64,000 nt of DNA from Octopus sinensis (lineage: Eukaryota), in contig NC_042999.1 in NCBI RefSeq assembly GCF_006345805.1, forward strand, positions 18,166,001 to 18,230,000, in the 5' to 3' direction. Each line of letters begins with the position of its first letter. Within the stretch, counting starts at the first letter, position 1. The notes beneath the pieces were generated by a model. It saw only the letters and a program-made list of their open reading frames with translations. It did not search any database and was not told the origin of the DNA. This document shows, one piece after another, positions 25,781 to 40,775 of the stretch. The position numbers and the translations under genes were made by a program.

Positions 25781-26658
25781 ATTCCTTACGAAAAATAAAT
25801 CAATTTTACACTAAAGTGAATTGTTACATTTTGTAGAGGACATATTTTTATGCATAGATACCATTATATATAAGTGAGTCTGTGTTTACATAAATATATA
25901 TATATACATACATAAATGCGTGTGTGTGTGAGTGTATGTATGTATGTATATACTTTCTTCTTATCAAACAGATTTATCTTTATATATTCGTATGATATAA
26001 TTTTTGTTGGTTTCCAGAATTATATTTTCCCCAACCATTTTAAACGTTCATTTACATTCATAGTGTGATATTTAGGATGAAAGAATATTATCGTATGTTG
26101 CTACCACTTCATATAAGTAAAGGTAACTCTAAGTGTTGTATACATTACCACTAGTATTTGCAAATTTATATAACGCTCTTCAATGGTTTTATTTTTGTCT
26201 GTAATAGACGTTAACTTATCTGCTTTCATTTGTAGCTTTGTGAAATATTTTGTATATAAATTGCATCATTAATCCTATTTCGCGTGCGTATTAATGTAGA
26301 ATGTATACGTGTTGTCCAATAAAATTTTGCCCACCAAATACGGTACTTGTTTTTTTTTTTTTGGCGTATACATTGATATCCATAATATGAATGAGCAACA
26401 GCATGCGCCAATATTTATAAATACAAAATAACATACTATTTGTGGCGTAAAGTTTTCCGATTTTCTTAATATATGCACTGGGAAGAAGAAATTTGAAGGA
26501 TCCTATTGAAAAATCTGAGAAATGGCATTAAACGAAAAATTATAAATCATATATTTAAAGATATATCTTTAAATGAAACTGTGTTTCCTGCATGCAAGCA
26601 CACACACACACAAACATAACTGGAGATATACAAATTCACACACACACACACACATACA

Positions 26659-26690
<32 letters not shown>

Positions 26691-26719
26691 TATTATATAT
26701 AATATATATATATATATAT

Positions 26720-27102
26720 GCGCAGGAGTGGCTCTGTGGTAAGTAGCTTGCTAACCAAACCATATGGTTCCGGGTCAGTCCTACTGCGTGGCATCTTGGC
26801 AGGTGTCTTCTGCTATAGCCCGGGCCCGACCAATGCCTTGTGAGTGCATTTGGTAGACGGAAGCTGAAAGAAGCCTCTCGTATATATATATATTTATATA
26901 TGTGTGTGTGTGTTTGTGTGTCTGTGTTTGTCCCCCTAGCATTGCTTGACAACCGATCCTGGTGTGTTTACGTCCCTGTCACTTAGCGGTTCGGCAAAAA
27001 GAGACCGATAGAATAAGTACTGGGCTTACAAATAATATTTGCTCGACTAAAGGCGGTGCTCCAGCATAACCGCAGTCAAATGATTGAAACAGGTAAAGAG
27101 AG
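26720..27102 (+). mobile_element. SINE family B, full length
   Basis: GCGCAGGAGTGGCTCTGTGGTAAG head through GCAGTCAAATGATTGAAACAGGTAAAGAG tail. Confidence 0.92.
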
Positions 27103-27230
27103 TATATATGAGCATGGACGCATAGAGGACTGTACAAAATATCTATATATATGTACCTCTCAGACAGACTCTCTCTCTCTGTTTCTATATACCACACACA
27201 AACACATGAACATACACACACATATATATT

Positions 27231-27275
<45 letters not shown>

Positions 27276-27348
27276 GTTGTGTGTGTGTGTGTGTGCATGG
27301 GATATGTGTTCGTGTATGTGTGCGTGTGTATATATGTATATATATATA

Positions 27349-27401
<53 letters not shown>

Positions 27402-27428
27402 AATATATATGATATATATATTATATAT

Positions 27429-27471
<43 letters not shown>

Positions 27472-28358
27472 GTACATATGTATCTTTATATGTATATTCC
27501 ACCCGTATTAGTTGTTACATATCTAAATAATAAGTATCCCAGAAATGTTTTTACATTCCGTTCGTCAGATTTGTTCTAAAGTTAATATATCAACTTATAT
27601 ATTATTTTCTTCGCTTCCTCCGATTCGATCCTTGGTTCATATTGAACTGCTGTAAACTCAGACTACATGTACATCAGTTCGTCGCTTTATATATTGATAT
27701 TTTTAAGTTCTTTGCTGACCATACGCTTGATATACGGATATACTTTGATCAGAATATTCATCTGCAGTTGCTGTTTTTGTGAATGGATGCAGCATCGATT
27801 TTTGTACTAACTGTAAAATAATTCCATCAACCTCCCATTTAGCTTAGGCCTTTAGATTTGCAATTTGATAGACGAAGCTGGCATCTTCATAGCCCTAGTG
27901 TCAAACTTCATAGCCCTAGTATCAGCTTCCTGTGTCTAATATAGTTTCCTATAGTATAGATAGAAGTCGGAAGAGTTTATTCTAACAAAGTATCCACTGA
28001 AATTCTTAAATTTAGATTCTCCAGCTTCTTTACCTGGCTCTTATCATATGTCGTGCTAAGGTATATTTAGTAGTAATTATACCTCTACAACATCAGTCTT
28101 TTTTTATTGCTTGATTACTGCTTGGAGCTTCATAGATAATTATGGCTTTATGCATTGGATTAAAGATAGAATCTTGTTTTACCAGGCTTCAATTGATTGC
28201 AAGCAAAATGGGAAATAGTAATCTTCCTACAAAAGAGGAATGCGATATCTATGCCAAGGTGATATAAATCATTATTTTATTTCATTAGTAATCAGATTTC
28301 AGTGCACGGATACTAATAACCGAAACAGCTGTAGGTTCGTAATATATGATCTTTTGTA

Positions 28359-28577
28359 AGACGGTGAGCTAGCAGAAATATTAGCACGCTAGGCGAAATG
28401 CTTAGCGGTAGTTCTTCTATCTTGACGTTTTGAGTTCAAATTCTGACGAGGTAGACTTTGCCTTTCATTCTATAGGGGTCGATAGATTGAGTACCAGTGG
28501 CGTACTGGAGTCCATCAATCGACTTGCACCTTCTTCCCCAAAAATGTCGGGTATTGTGCCTAGATTAGAAAAGAATG
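28359..28577 (+). mobile_element. SINE family A variant with 14-bp TSD
   Basis: Head, B-box and core present. TSD TATGATCTTTTGTA at 28345-28358 and 28578-28591. Confidence 0.9.
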
Positions 28578-28732
28578 TATGATCTTTTGTACTTCAACTA
28601 TTGGTTAATATCGCTCATAATACTTAATTTTGTAAAAAATAATTGACAATCCACTTCTGTTTGCCGCCGGAATTTTTAATATTGTAAGGATAGTTCTCAG
28701 CAATATTAATCGTTACCGTTATAGCTAAGCGG

Positions 28733-28809
<77 letters not shown>

Positions 28810-28958
28810 TGTGTGTGTCTGTGTGTGAGTTTGTGCATATATGTATGTATATGCGGGGTGTATAGATAAATATCTAGCGATAAATATATATAGACATATA
28901 TGCACACATACTCAAAACAACCTACACACACAATCACACACGCACACACTTATACATT

Positions 28959-29014
<56 letters not shown>

Positions 29015-29499
29015 GTATATATTTATAAATACATGTGCTTGGTAATTTATACTTCCCTGTGTTCGTCTATGTTGGCACAATATACTTATATATAAAATAT
29101 ACACAGGAGAAGGTAACATGTTATATACGAAGTCATCAAAGTTAGTACATTTCGTTTTTACATATTTGCTATCTGAGAAACATCATGTGTATTGCATCGT
29201 ACATAATATATTTTGAGAGAAAAACGTAGATGTACGACATCACATATGCAATCAATACACAAAAATTCCAGCTCAGTTTGCATATAATATAAAATTGTGC
29301 TACATGCAATAACCTCATCCAATATATTTGTATTGTTTTTGAGGAGAACCTATATACGTTGTTTCTATGCACTTACCGGTTTGTGTGTATCCGACAATAT
29401 AATATATATATTCTTCTGAAGGAATGTGTTAAAATGCAGGAACACGCACTGAGATGTATTATTCTTTCATTTTTCTGAGTCTTGCGTATATTTATACAT

Positions 29500-29585
<86 letters not shown>

Positions 29586-29632
29586 TATATAAATGTTATA
29601 TATATTATATAGATATATATATAAATGATATA

Positions 29633-29678
<46 letters not shown>

Positions 29679-32606
29679 CATACAGATATATATATATGCA
29701 TATATAGATACGAACATACACGAATGCAGCACACCCGCACAAACACACACTCGTACCTATACATATATATATATACGCAATCTCATATATGTATTTTATA
29801 TGAGGTTGTGTATGGGCGTGCTTCTGTTTTTATGTGTATGTTAAATGTATGAATGTATCTAAGTCTGGCTCGAGGTAATAAAACACATCAAGTTGTTTCG
29901 ATGATCGTATATATTTAATGTTTATACTCACATTCAATACCATTGTTGGATCTTTGAACTATTACCTAATATCTGATCCTTTACCATTATACGTAGAATA
30001 TCAAACCAGAACGTAATGTCCCTCGTAAAAAAGAATAGTTAATCTTAGTACAATCTTAGCTCAAATGACCGTTTAATGCAGTATTCAGAGGGATGATACT
30101 TCACCAATAAAAATGCTGATACATGCGTTGGCTTTTGATGTCCTCAGTTCTCATTTCTTTGGAGTCATTAAATAAAGTGTTCGATAATATTCGAGCCAGT
30201 TTGACTATTGGCCAATACTGCTTTCCATCCTTATTTGAAGCTATATAAACTTCTATCGAAAGTATTTATTTGCTTTCAGTCTTATATTGGAAGCTTATGA
30301 TGAGCTGATTCATAAAACGAATCGTTTTGCTTTGACGAATGAATGAGTCAAGTTTCAGATGAAGGCAATAGTAGGAATTTAAATTTATTTTCTTTCACCT
30401 CAGAGAGCAGAAAATTCACTGTTGGAATATATTCAAAAATTAAAGTTGTTCTACTTCGCGTTGACGTTGCTGTTGTTATTTATATAATTATTACTGCTTT
30501 TAATGTTACACTTTTTTTGCCAAAGAAAATATTGATTTCGTATTTTGGCTCAAGGCCAGAAAATATAGGAGTGAGCTGCAGTCGATAGATGAAACCTAAG
30601 AACATGACTGGTCTGCATTTTAACGAGTGAGAGTGAGAAGTACTATGGATTTAGTGCCACTGGAACGTAACTGTGTCATTTCAATACCGAAAATGGAATG
30701 CTAGTTCATCGGAAAATAATAATGCGATAACATTTCCATTACATATCGTTACATCATTATTATTTACTGATTTTATGACTTTCCATTTAGTGGTAATTTT
30801 AACGAAATATCGTTGATATCTCAATATATATTGGGCGAAATGTAATTTTTCCTTGACATTTTCACTTCGTAATAATCTGCATTGGCTATGCGATCAATGA
30901 GGATTCGTGGCCAATATTGTTGAACATCTGATGGGAAATATATAGTTATGTAAGCACATACGAGCTATATTAATGGAGACAATGTATTCATTAACTTATA
31001 AATCCAATCAGAAAATATCATTATATAAAACTATAACCAGTGATATCACTTCATGAAAGCTAATATTTACCCGGTAAGAAATGTGATATTATCAATATAA
31101 TATGTCCTTTTCTCGCCGGTTCCTATAAAAAACCACTTTTCTGTATTAGAAACTACTAGTAAGGGACTGAAATGGATGATGGCAGTAGAGGAATCTTACC
31201 ATATTCATTGTACGAAAATTACAAAAACTATAATAGGAATCTCATAAATTACTTTAATCGAAGTATCATGCATACTCGTAGATATATCTCTCTCTCTATC
31301 CAGACGTCTAGGGCTGAGATGAACTATTCATTGTTAAACGCCTGAATTACTCCCACTTCAAATAACAGAAATCCTATTCAAATTCGTGTTTTATTCTCTG
31401 TTGGGCTATTCAGTAACATAACGTTAACCGCTGATTCTTGAACAATTTAAAGATTAAAAAAATATGCTTACGCGTTTGAGTACTAAATGCATAATGTACA
31501 ATGCATATTACAGCTCATTAAAATCTTCTGTTGAACGTAGATCGCTTATTAATTAATTGAAGGTCTCAGTGCAGCATGTAAATATTTCAGTGTAATTCGG
31601 ATATTTCATGCGGTATAAATTAATAGGCTTAGTTGTTTAATACACCATCGCAACATGAGCTAACTTCTAGCAGTGATAGAAGCAAATAAACTCAACGGTT
31701 GATCAGCTGACACAAACAGTATGTTTGAATTCTAGCGCTTATCACATTTGAAGTTGAGCTGTTATAAACATAACGCTATATAAACACTGAATTACACTAT
31801 ACTTGGGTGACAGCATGTATGTATATACGAGTTAAAATGTTTCTGTCAGTCCGCAGATATGACTCATATCTACACAAGATAGCCCACTGTTTGGCTTTCT
31901 TATATAAGTTTAAAGAATCCGCGAGACGTATTTTCCAAATGATATTGAATCAATCGTCAGTGAAAACATCGTACATTGTAACAGTAAGTTTCATACCAAC
32001 CAATGACATTATTCGAAACACGGTTTTTTTTGGTGCTATAAATCATGACAGTTGTAACTATGCCTTTCCTAACACCATTGATGTCAGGGTGTAAAAATCG
32101 CATAGGAAACGTGACTGTGCAATAACGAAAAAGTAATGAATTATACACAAACATGCGCTTTCTATATATACAGCTGGAAATTAACAAGCTGTTTGATTAG
32201 ACGGAAGATAGAAATGATGCTTTCATTAATATGACGCAACAAAATATATTTGCGAAAGTTTAAAGTAAACCAAACAATTAAATAAATATTATATAATAAA
32301 AATAATGATAAGAAAGAATTTTTATTTTACAAAAAACAAGAGATATTTGAATCAATGATGTGTCAACTAATATTACAAAAATATATGGTGTGAAATATTA
32401 GAAAAGTAATTCATATGAATTAGCGATAGGAATTAAAACGTGCCAACGTCTTAAAAATTAATATCTGTGTTAATGAACAATGATAAATATATGTTCTGAA
32501 AATAGGCAAAACAGGAAATAATGTAATGCATTTAGATTTTGTTATATATACATAAAAACAATAATGCATGCATATGTGTGTTTCTCGTTGACTATACAAA
32601 CTAATA

Positions 32607-32681
<75 letters not shown>

Positions 32682-32983
32682 AGAGAGAGAGTTATGCATA
32701 TGCGTATACATATATAAATGCGCATATGTATATACGTATATATATCAACATATATAGATATATATATATGTATACATACACATATTTATAATCATATATT
32801 TTATACAAATATATATATATATACACATATATATATATATTATATATATATATTATATATATACAGATATATACATATACATATATATACAGAGATATAT
32901 ATATATACATATATATATTACAGATATGTATATATATACATATATTATATATACATATATATATACATATATATATATAACAT

Positions 32984-33041
<58 letters not shown>

Positions 33042-33357
33042 CAACATATATATACATATATAAATTACATATATATATATGTGTGTGTATGTGTGTGTGT
33101 GTGCGTGTGTGAGTGGGGAATAAGAGGAGATAAAAGAAAGAGAGGGATATATAGATACATAGACGACTTAAAGCTAACGACATTTGCACTACGTTAGAAT
33201 GCTTCAAACTCTACATATTGCATTTATTGCAGTCTCTGTTCTTAGATTCTTTAACAAGATCGTGTCTAACGCTTTTGTACACTTTGCATTGAACATTAAG
33301 AGTAGCCGTACATCTTATTTATCCCTCCTGAGCATCAATCATTCTATATATATATAT

Positions 33358-33443
<86 letters not shown>

Positions 33444-33733
33444 CGTGTGTGTGTGTGTATATATAAAGCTGCAAAAAAATCACGTAACGCTGCTAGTCAG
33501 AGTTTCATTTTCCCGCTTGTTGGCACTTGTGTTTGAGATCCTTAATTACATACGGGTACGTGAAACTCTTAGTAGCAGATCTTCGTGAGGCTTTTGCAAC
33601 TTTAATGATACGAAGAAAAAAGCATATTACTCTACATACGATATTCGAGTACTATTATTCTCCACCTTGTTTCACACCAATGTGCTTCCTCTTATCTGTG
33701 TATATCTATCAATCTATCTATTATATATCTATC

Positions 33734-33803
<70 letters not shown>

Positions 33804-34625
33804 ATATTATCTATATATATCTTATACTCGGTGTTTTATCCTGGTACCGTATAATTGTCGCATATTAAATTACAGATAGATATATGTACATGAGAACAGC
33901 TCTCGGTACCTGTGTGAAAATGTGATTTCATTTTGTTCATAGCATTTTTTGATAAATACACAGCTGTCCGACTATAGTATTTTTAATCAAGATTATCTGA
34001 TTTTAACATGAGTTTCTTTATGTTGGGTTAGATAAAATATATAAACGAATCATGTTCATTTATGTACATTTATTGTTTCTCATTGAACGAATGATTGCGA
34101 CTAGTCTACATGGAATACATTTCTATATACATGTGTGTGTATGTTTATGTGTTTTTTTGGTGTGTCCGTGTGTGCTTGAGTGTGTACATGTGCGTTTACT
34201 TGTGTGTACACTTAGTGTCACATACATTTCAATATATATTAAAAAATGCATAGAACTACATAAACTTTAGAGATGTATAAAACATAATATTTAGAAATTT
34301 CTACTTGTTTTAGTAACACTTGACGGACAAATACTTCCCATTTTGTGATATGATTCATGTGATTTTAAATGGTTTAAACACTATTCCCGTATTACATATA
34401 TCATATCGATTTATAGTATAATCTATACTGTTTTGGCTATGTTTCTAAATTATAAGTGGCGAAAGATCTGAAGATCTGTCATCAGATTTTGTGTGATCTA
34501 ATAAAATGTTGTTTTCTTTTGTAATATATATTGAATTCTATCTTATAAACAGCAGATAAAAGTGCTAATGTAATGTATATCAATAATTACAACTTATATA
34601 CTCTATGAATGTGCGTGCGTGTATG

Positions 34626-34657
<32 letters not shown>

Positions 34658-34981
34658 ATATATAGCGAGAGAGAGAGAGAGAACTAGAGGGAGAAATTGT
34701 GTGATGAATATCTCACAATTTAATATTTTCGTAAGTATTTAGTGAGGGAACAGTTTTGAAGCAGAAATTTAGTTTAATTTACTCTGGTAATCATTTTGTT
34801 CTTGTGGAAGTTACGATAAACATAAACAGTTTTTTTCTTTATTTGTGTATGTGAAAATGTGTGTACATTTCTATATATCTACATATATAATTCTGTGTGT
34901 GAGTGTATGTTTGTGGGGGGAATTGTAGGAGTGTGTGTGTGGGTGGGTGTGGGTGTGAGTGTTGTGCCCGTGCATATTTTT

Positions 34982-36784
34982 TTCACTTGATTTTATTAGT
35001 ATAAATTTGGTCATATACCTTCTGGTTTGAAATTAGAACACAAAATATCAAAGATATTCGCGAAGTCAGTTCTCTGATGATTCAGTCAGATCGCTTTACA
35101 ATTAGAAATAATCATAAGCGTATATATAACATTATTTACAAACATAAGTGCGTACATGCAAATGCAGTATACTAAGTGATGATGAAGGCCCACCATGAGC
35201 AAAAGAGGACCATTGATTCAGTCATCGACGACTGTGGCATATCACTGTAAGCAGATGGAAAGGTTAGCAGTGAATGTGCTCTCATCAGTTTCTTGAGAAG
35301 ACCCTCTCTGTAGTGAGCTAATAATGTAGAATGTCTTGAAGTGTGTTGAAGTAGTATATCCACTTGTCGAAAGCTGATTAAAGTCTCCATTGGCAAGACA
35401 CCTGGAGTGGATGATATTTTAATGTAATCTGTTCAAACACAAAGATCTCTTAAAATTTTGATCATTGTCAAAGATTCTATCTCTTAAAATTCTCTCATCA
35501 TTGCCACAGACTCTATCACTGTGTCTTAATACATCGTTGTTAGCTGATTTTTAACACCAAACGGCTACATAAAAATCCTTCATATTATGTTGAAAATTGT
35601 TTTCTAAAATTGTGAAATATGTCAAGTCAAAAACATCTTTATAAGATCCCCGGATGTTCCAATCCTGTATATATATATATATAGATATATATATATATAT
35701 ATATATAGTGAAGAGGATTTCTACGTATATATGTATATGTTTGTATATAAGTATTTATATGTATATATACATGTGTGGTGTGTATGTGTGTGTGTATTTG
35801 TATGCCGCCTCTGTAGTGAAGCCGATATTCGTCACTTAGTCATGAACACCTGCTCTCTTTTGAATGCAATTCACTAAATATTGCACAGGCAACCTAAAGC
35901 CTTTTCTCTTCCAATACGAGATTCACCATTAGGGTAGGATGTTCCTTTCGTTTCTTCATGATGAATGGTTACCAAGAAATTTGGAANNNNNNNNNNNNNN
36001 NNNNNNNNNNNNNNNNNNNNNNNNNNNNNNNNNNNNNNNNNNNNNNNNNNNNNNNNNNNNNNNNNNNNNNNNNNNNNNNNNNNNNNTTCACTTGATTTTA
36101 TTAGATAAATTTGGTCATATACCTTCTGGTTTGAAATTAGAACACAAAATATCAAAGATATTCGCGAAGTCAGTTCTCTGATGATTCAGTCAGATCGCTT
36201 TACAATTAGAAATAATCATAAGCGTATATATAACATTATTTACAAACATAAGTGCGTACATGCAAATGCAGTATACTAAGTGATGATGAAGGCCCACCAT
36301 GAGCAAAAGAGGACCATTGATTTCAGTCATCGACGACTGTGGCATTATCACTGTAAGCAGATGGAAAGGTTAGCAGTGAATTGCTCTCACTTCAGTTTCC
36401 TTGAGAAGACCCTCTCTGATAGTGAGCTAGATACTGTAGAATGTCTTGAAGTGTTGAAGTTAGTATATCCACTTGTCGAAAGCTGATTAAAGTCTCCATT
36501 GGCAAGACACCTGGAGTGGATGATATTTTAATGTAATCTGTTCAAACACAAAGCATCTCTTAAAATTTCTGATCATTGTCAAAGATTCTATCTCTTAAAA
36601 TTCTCTCATCATTGCCACAGACTCTATCACTGTGTCTTAATACATCGTTGTTAGCTGATTTTTAACACCACAACGGCTACATAAAATCCTTTCATATTAT
36701 GTTTGAAAATTGTTTTCTAAAATTGTGAAATATGTCAAGTCAATAAACATCTTTATAAGATCCCCGGATGTTCCAATCCTGTAT

Positions 36785-36826
<42 letters not shown>

Positions 36827-37100
36827 AGAGGATTTCTACGTATATATGTATATGTTTGTATATAAGTATTTATATGTATATATACATGTGTGTGTGTATG
36901 TGTGTGTGTATTTTGTATGCCGCCTCTGTAGTGAAGCCGATATTCGTCACTTAGTCATGAAACACCTGCTCTCTTTTGAATGCAATTCACTAAATATATG
37001 CACAGGCAACTAAAGCCTTTTCTCTTCCAATACGAGATTCACCATTAGGGTAGGATGTTCCTTTCGTTTCTTCATGAATGGTTACCAAGAAATTTTGGAA
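34982..37100. other. ~1-kb tandem duplication split by a 100-N gap (35987-36086); probable assembly artefact
   Basis: 34982-35986 and 36087-37100 are nearly identical. Each copy stops or starts exactly at the gap, and the differences are mostly 1-bp indels. Confidence 0.85.
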
Positions 37101-37342
37101 AATATATGCTATCTCTGATATGTTTTTTACTTAATTTCGCAATGAATAAATATGTCGCTTATCAAGGTAGATATAAGAGCTTATTAGCAAAATGATTTTT
37201 ATTGTATCATTCATTTTGTTGCTGGCGAAAATTTTCGGTCAACGTAGATGACAATTATTTTATGAAATGAATATGAAGGAAAATTACATGTGGATGGAAA
37301 GTGATAATTTCCACCGCTAATATGAAGCGCAAAAGAATGAAT

Positions 37343-37549
37343 GATTATTCTACTCTTGGCACATAGGCCCACAATTTTGGGGGAGAGGTTCAGTCGATTA
37401 CATCGACCCCAGGACGCATCTGGTAATTAGCTTATCGACGTCGAAATGATGATAGGCAAATTCGATCTCGGCGGAATTTTAACTCAGAATGTAAAGACAG
37501 ACGATATACTGCTAATCATTTCGTCCTGTTTCTGTCAATTCACCGTCTT
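37343..37549 (-). mobile_element. SINE family A variant
   Basis: GTCGATTACATCGACCCCAG...GATCTCGGCGGAATTTTAACTCAGAATGTAAAGACAGACG. Possible TSD AAAGA(A/G)TGAAT. Confidence 0.8.
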
Positions 37550-37873
37550 AAAGAGTGAATTGTATTCAAAATACTTTACACAACGGAGGTTCACTAAAGC
37601 CAATACATTATGCGTTTGATATGGCTAATGTGCGAACTGGTTCTATTTAGCTTAGGTAATTAACATCCATTATTTTGCCATATACACGCTAATATTGTAA
37701 AAACATTTCACTGTTTCGTCAAATGATATGAAAAATCTTAAGCAAACAGTCTGACAATTATAATCTTAACGACCATTTAAATAGCATCAATTAAATTATA
37801 GTAAATTGCAAAACACATTTCTGTTATAGCTACTTATCGTTGCAATGGATATCAACAAAGCATAAGTAAAACA

Positions 37874-37911
<38 letters not shown>

Positions 37912-38105
37912 CTTGTAGCGTTTCAAAATTACTTTGAAATTTAATAAATATAACTGTTATGACGAAATTGTAGTTGAAGACTTAATATACAATAATATAA
38001 ATTTCAATTGGTAAAAAGTTTAAGCCAATCAGTAACCATTAAAGTGCAATTTATTACTATAAGTTGCTTTGAGTACACTATGCCTAATATGCGTAAGAGA
38101 TAGTG

Positions 38106-38176
<71 letters not shown>

Positions 38177-38177
<1 letters not shown>

Positions 38178-38777
38178 CCCTGATGCAGTAAATGCCCTGA
38201 TGCAGTAAATGCCCTGATGCAGTAAATGCCCTGATGCAGTACCAGGCAGTGGCTCTCATGGCTTCTGATCTTAACTGATTGGAAGTGTTATCATGTACAT
38301 TGTTTTGTCTTGGTATAAAAGATGGGCTACAGCAAATATTCTGCTCAATACTACAGATTTGCTTGTCAGTTGTTTGACCTTAACCAGTTGATCATGTCCC
38401 TTAGTGGCTGACGATATGTGCATCTCTGATCACGAGCAGAAGTAGTGGGGAAGCATCATAGCCATGTGTGAGAGGGATTCTGGGGGTTGAATAGTTCACC
38501 TCTGGAAACATGGGTGGTTCTTTCAACATCCTTAAACAACCCTTATTCAGGGACCGTTTGAGCGGGATGGGCTACTCAACCTGAAGAAAATTCTAAGGCC
38601 CCACCTGCAAGGTCATGTACTGTTTATCTTGATATGAGATCACCATGTCGCGCACATATGGTTGTGATGCATGTGCCTGGTGTACCTTTATCAGACGGGT
38701 AGTCATGATGGGTATATTGGGCTTCGTATATTTTACCCCAGTGTCACTTTGATGGCATGAACTGCTCTCTCACTCAA
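38177..38777. mobile_element. Unclassified ~600-bp element embedded in (TAA)n
   Basis: Complex, less AT-rich sequence with sharp boundaries against long (TAA)n tracts on both sides (38105-38176, 38778-38858). The left end has four copies of AATGCCCTGATGCAGTA. Confidence 0.65.
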
Positions 38778-38784
38778 TAATAAT

Positions 38785-38846
<62 letters not shown>

Positions 38847-40150
38847 TAATAATAATAAAAATAGTATATAATATGATGGAGAAAGCTGCTTATTAATTAG
38901 GAATGTAACAATTACAAAATGTACTATCAGAAAGCAATTATTAAATGTTTGAGCGTCTGGAACTATTTTTTTATAAATTCAAGTTCAAAAAATTTCCTAT
39001 AATTTTGGTTTCTCAAGTTTAGTGAATTTTTTAACTCCAATTTCTCGCAAACTTAAATATTGCATTCACTACAGAGTAATCCATTTTAATTTGCAAAGTC
39101 TCTCACTTTCTGTTTTAATCCGCTATGAATGTATATGCATATTATCACACATGTTAAATATTATTATCATAACGTTATTTATTGAATTGATTTTTTTAAA
39201 TACCCTTATAATTTTTGAAAGCAGTATAGCTGTAAGAAGAAGCTAGAAAGTTGGGTAATTACTTTTAGAAGACGAAGAGAAAACAAAAAAGTTACCGACA
39301 AATAATCGAAAATTGCACCTTATTCACAGTTTCCAAACACTACTTCAACAGCGACACACATGCGAGTGCGTGCACACTCACACGCATAAACACACTCCAT
39401 GAAATGCAATGAATGTGTGTGTTTGTGCGTGTGCGTGTGTGCGTGAGCGTATGTGGTTGTATGTGCGCGTCTGCTCTTTGCTGACAAAATCACATTTTGT
39501 GTAGTCTTGTCAACGAACAGTTTGCGGTTTCAAATCAACGAAAATATTTTGACAGAAATAAAGTTTTAATGTTAAGGTGAAACTACCGGTATTTTTATGT
39601 TCTTGAATGGTTTACAAACATCTACCATGCTGCAATGGTATTTTTTTTCAGTACTCGATTGCAGATTATGTCACTTTCTATGCACATATATCTCCGAAAC
39701 GTTTTAAAATTCACTGTGTTTGACTGCCAGCAAGGAAATTCTCAGGCTCTCCAATATTCTAATTTCTAAACAGAAACAAATGGGGACAAGGGGTGGGGTT
39801 GCAAATAATTTAGAATTTCTCAAATATTCTTTTTTATACCATATAAATGTATTTATGGGTGAAAATATTGAAAAAACTTTAATACATGAGAGAGTGATAA
39901 AGAAACAATGAAGGTTGTTTTTGGATGTGCTAGAAATAACATCCTAATCACCTTTAAATAACTTTTCCCTCTGAAAATATAAAAATTATTTTTTAGCAAA
40001 ATACTCTTCTTACTATTTTGATGGAGTGGTGTAATTAAATAGTTTTCAAAATATTTTTCATACAAAGATCTCCCTCCCAGCCGCATCATTTCGAAGGCTG
40101 TGGTTTAAAAACAGTGGGGAAAAATTCCCCAAAAAATTTCTCAACAATTC

Positions 40151-40563
40151 GGAGTGGCTGTGTGGTAAGTAGCTTGCTAACCAACCACATGGTTCCGGGT
40201 TCAGTCCCACTGCCTGGCATCTTGAGCAAGTGTTTTCAGCTATAGCCCCGGGCCGACCAATGCCTTGTGAGTGGATTTGGTAGGCGGAAACTGAAAGAAG
40301 CCTGTCGTATATATGTATATATATATATAAGTGTGTGTGTATATGTTTGTGTGTCAGTGTTTGTACCCCTAGCAGTGCTTGACAACCGATGCTGGTGTGT
40401 TTAATCCCCGTCACTTAGCGGTTCGGTAAAATAGACCGATAGAATAAGTACTGGGCTTACAAAGAATACGACTCGGGGTCGATTTGCTCGACTAAAGGCG
40501 GTGCTCCAGCATGGCCGCAGTCAAATGACTGGAACAAGTAGAAGAGTAAAAGAGTAAAGAGTA
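40151..40563 (+). mobile_element. SINE family B, full length
   Basis: GGAGTGGCTGTGTGGTAAG head and (GTAAAAGA)n-type tail. Confidence 0.92.
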
Positions 40564-40639
40564 ATTATTTTTTCATAATCGTAGTCTATGCCGTTTGAAA
40601 TGGATTTGTATGAATTTTCATTAAAAGATACTCACTCAT

Positions 40640-40770
40640 CTTCCTAAGGGATGTCGAAAATCGCAGTGGGCCTCGGTGGATTTGAAATTCACAACGTGGA
40701 GACAGACAGAGGAGATGCTACTGATCATTTTCTCAGGCTCGAAAACGATTCCGCTATCTCAACGTCTTAA
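40640..40770 (-). mobile_element. SINE family A, strongly degenerate
   Basis: GGCCTCGGTGGATTTGAAATTCACAACGTGGAGACAGAC...ACGATTCCGCTATCTC. Confidence 0.5.
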
Positions 40771-40775
40771 TAATT

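Noticed and set aside
36400-36530. GKTPGVDDI resembles the LINE pre-RT motif KSPGPDG (also present in the duplicate at ~35390)
   Set aside because: A single short motif without adjoining RT motifs, in an error-prone contig end, is too weak to call.
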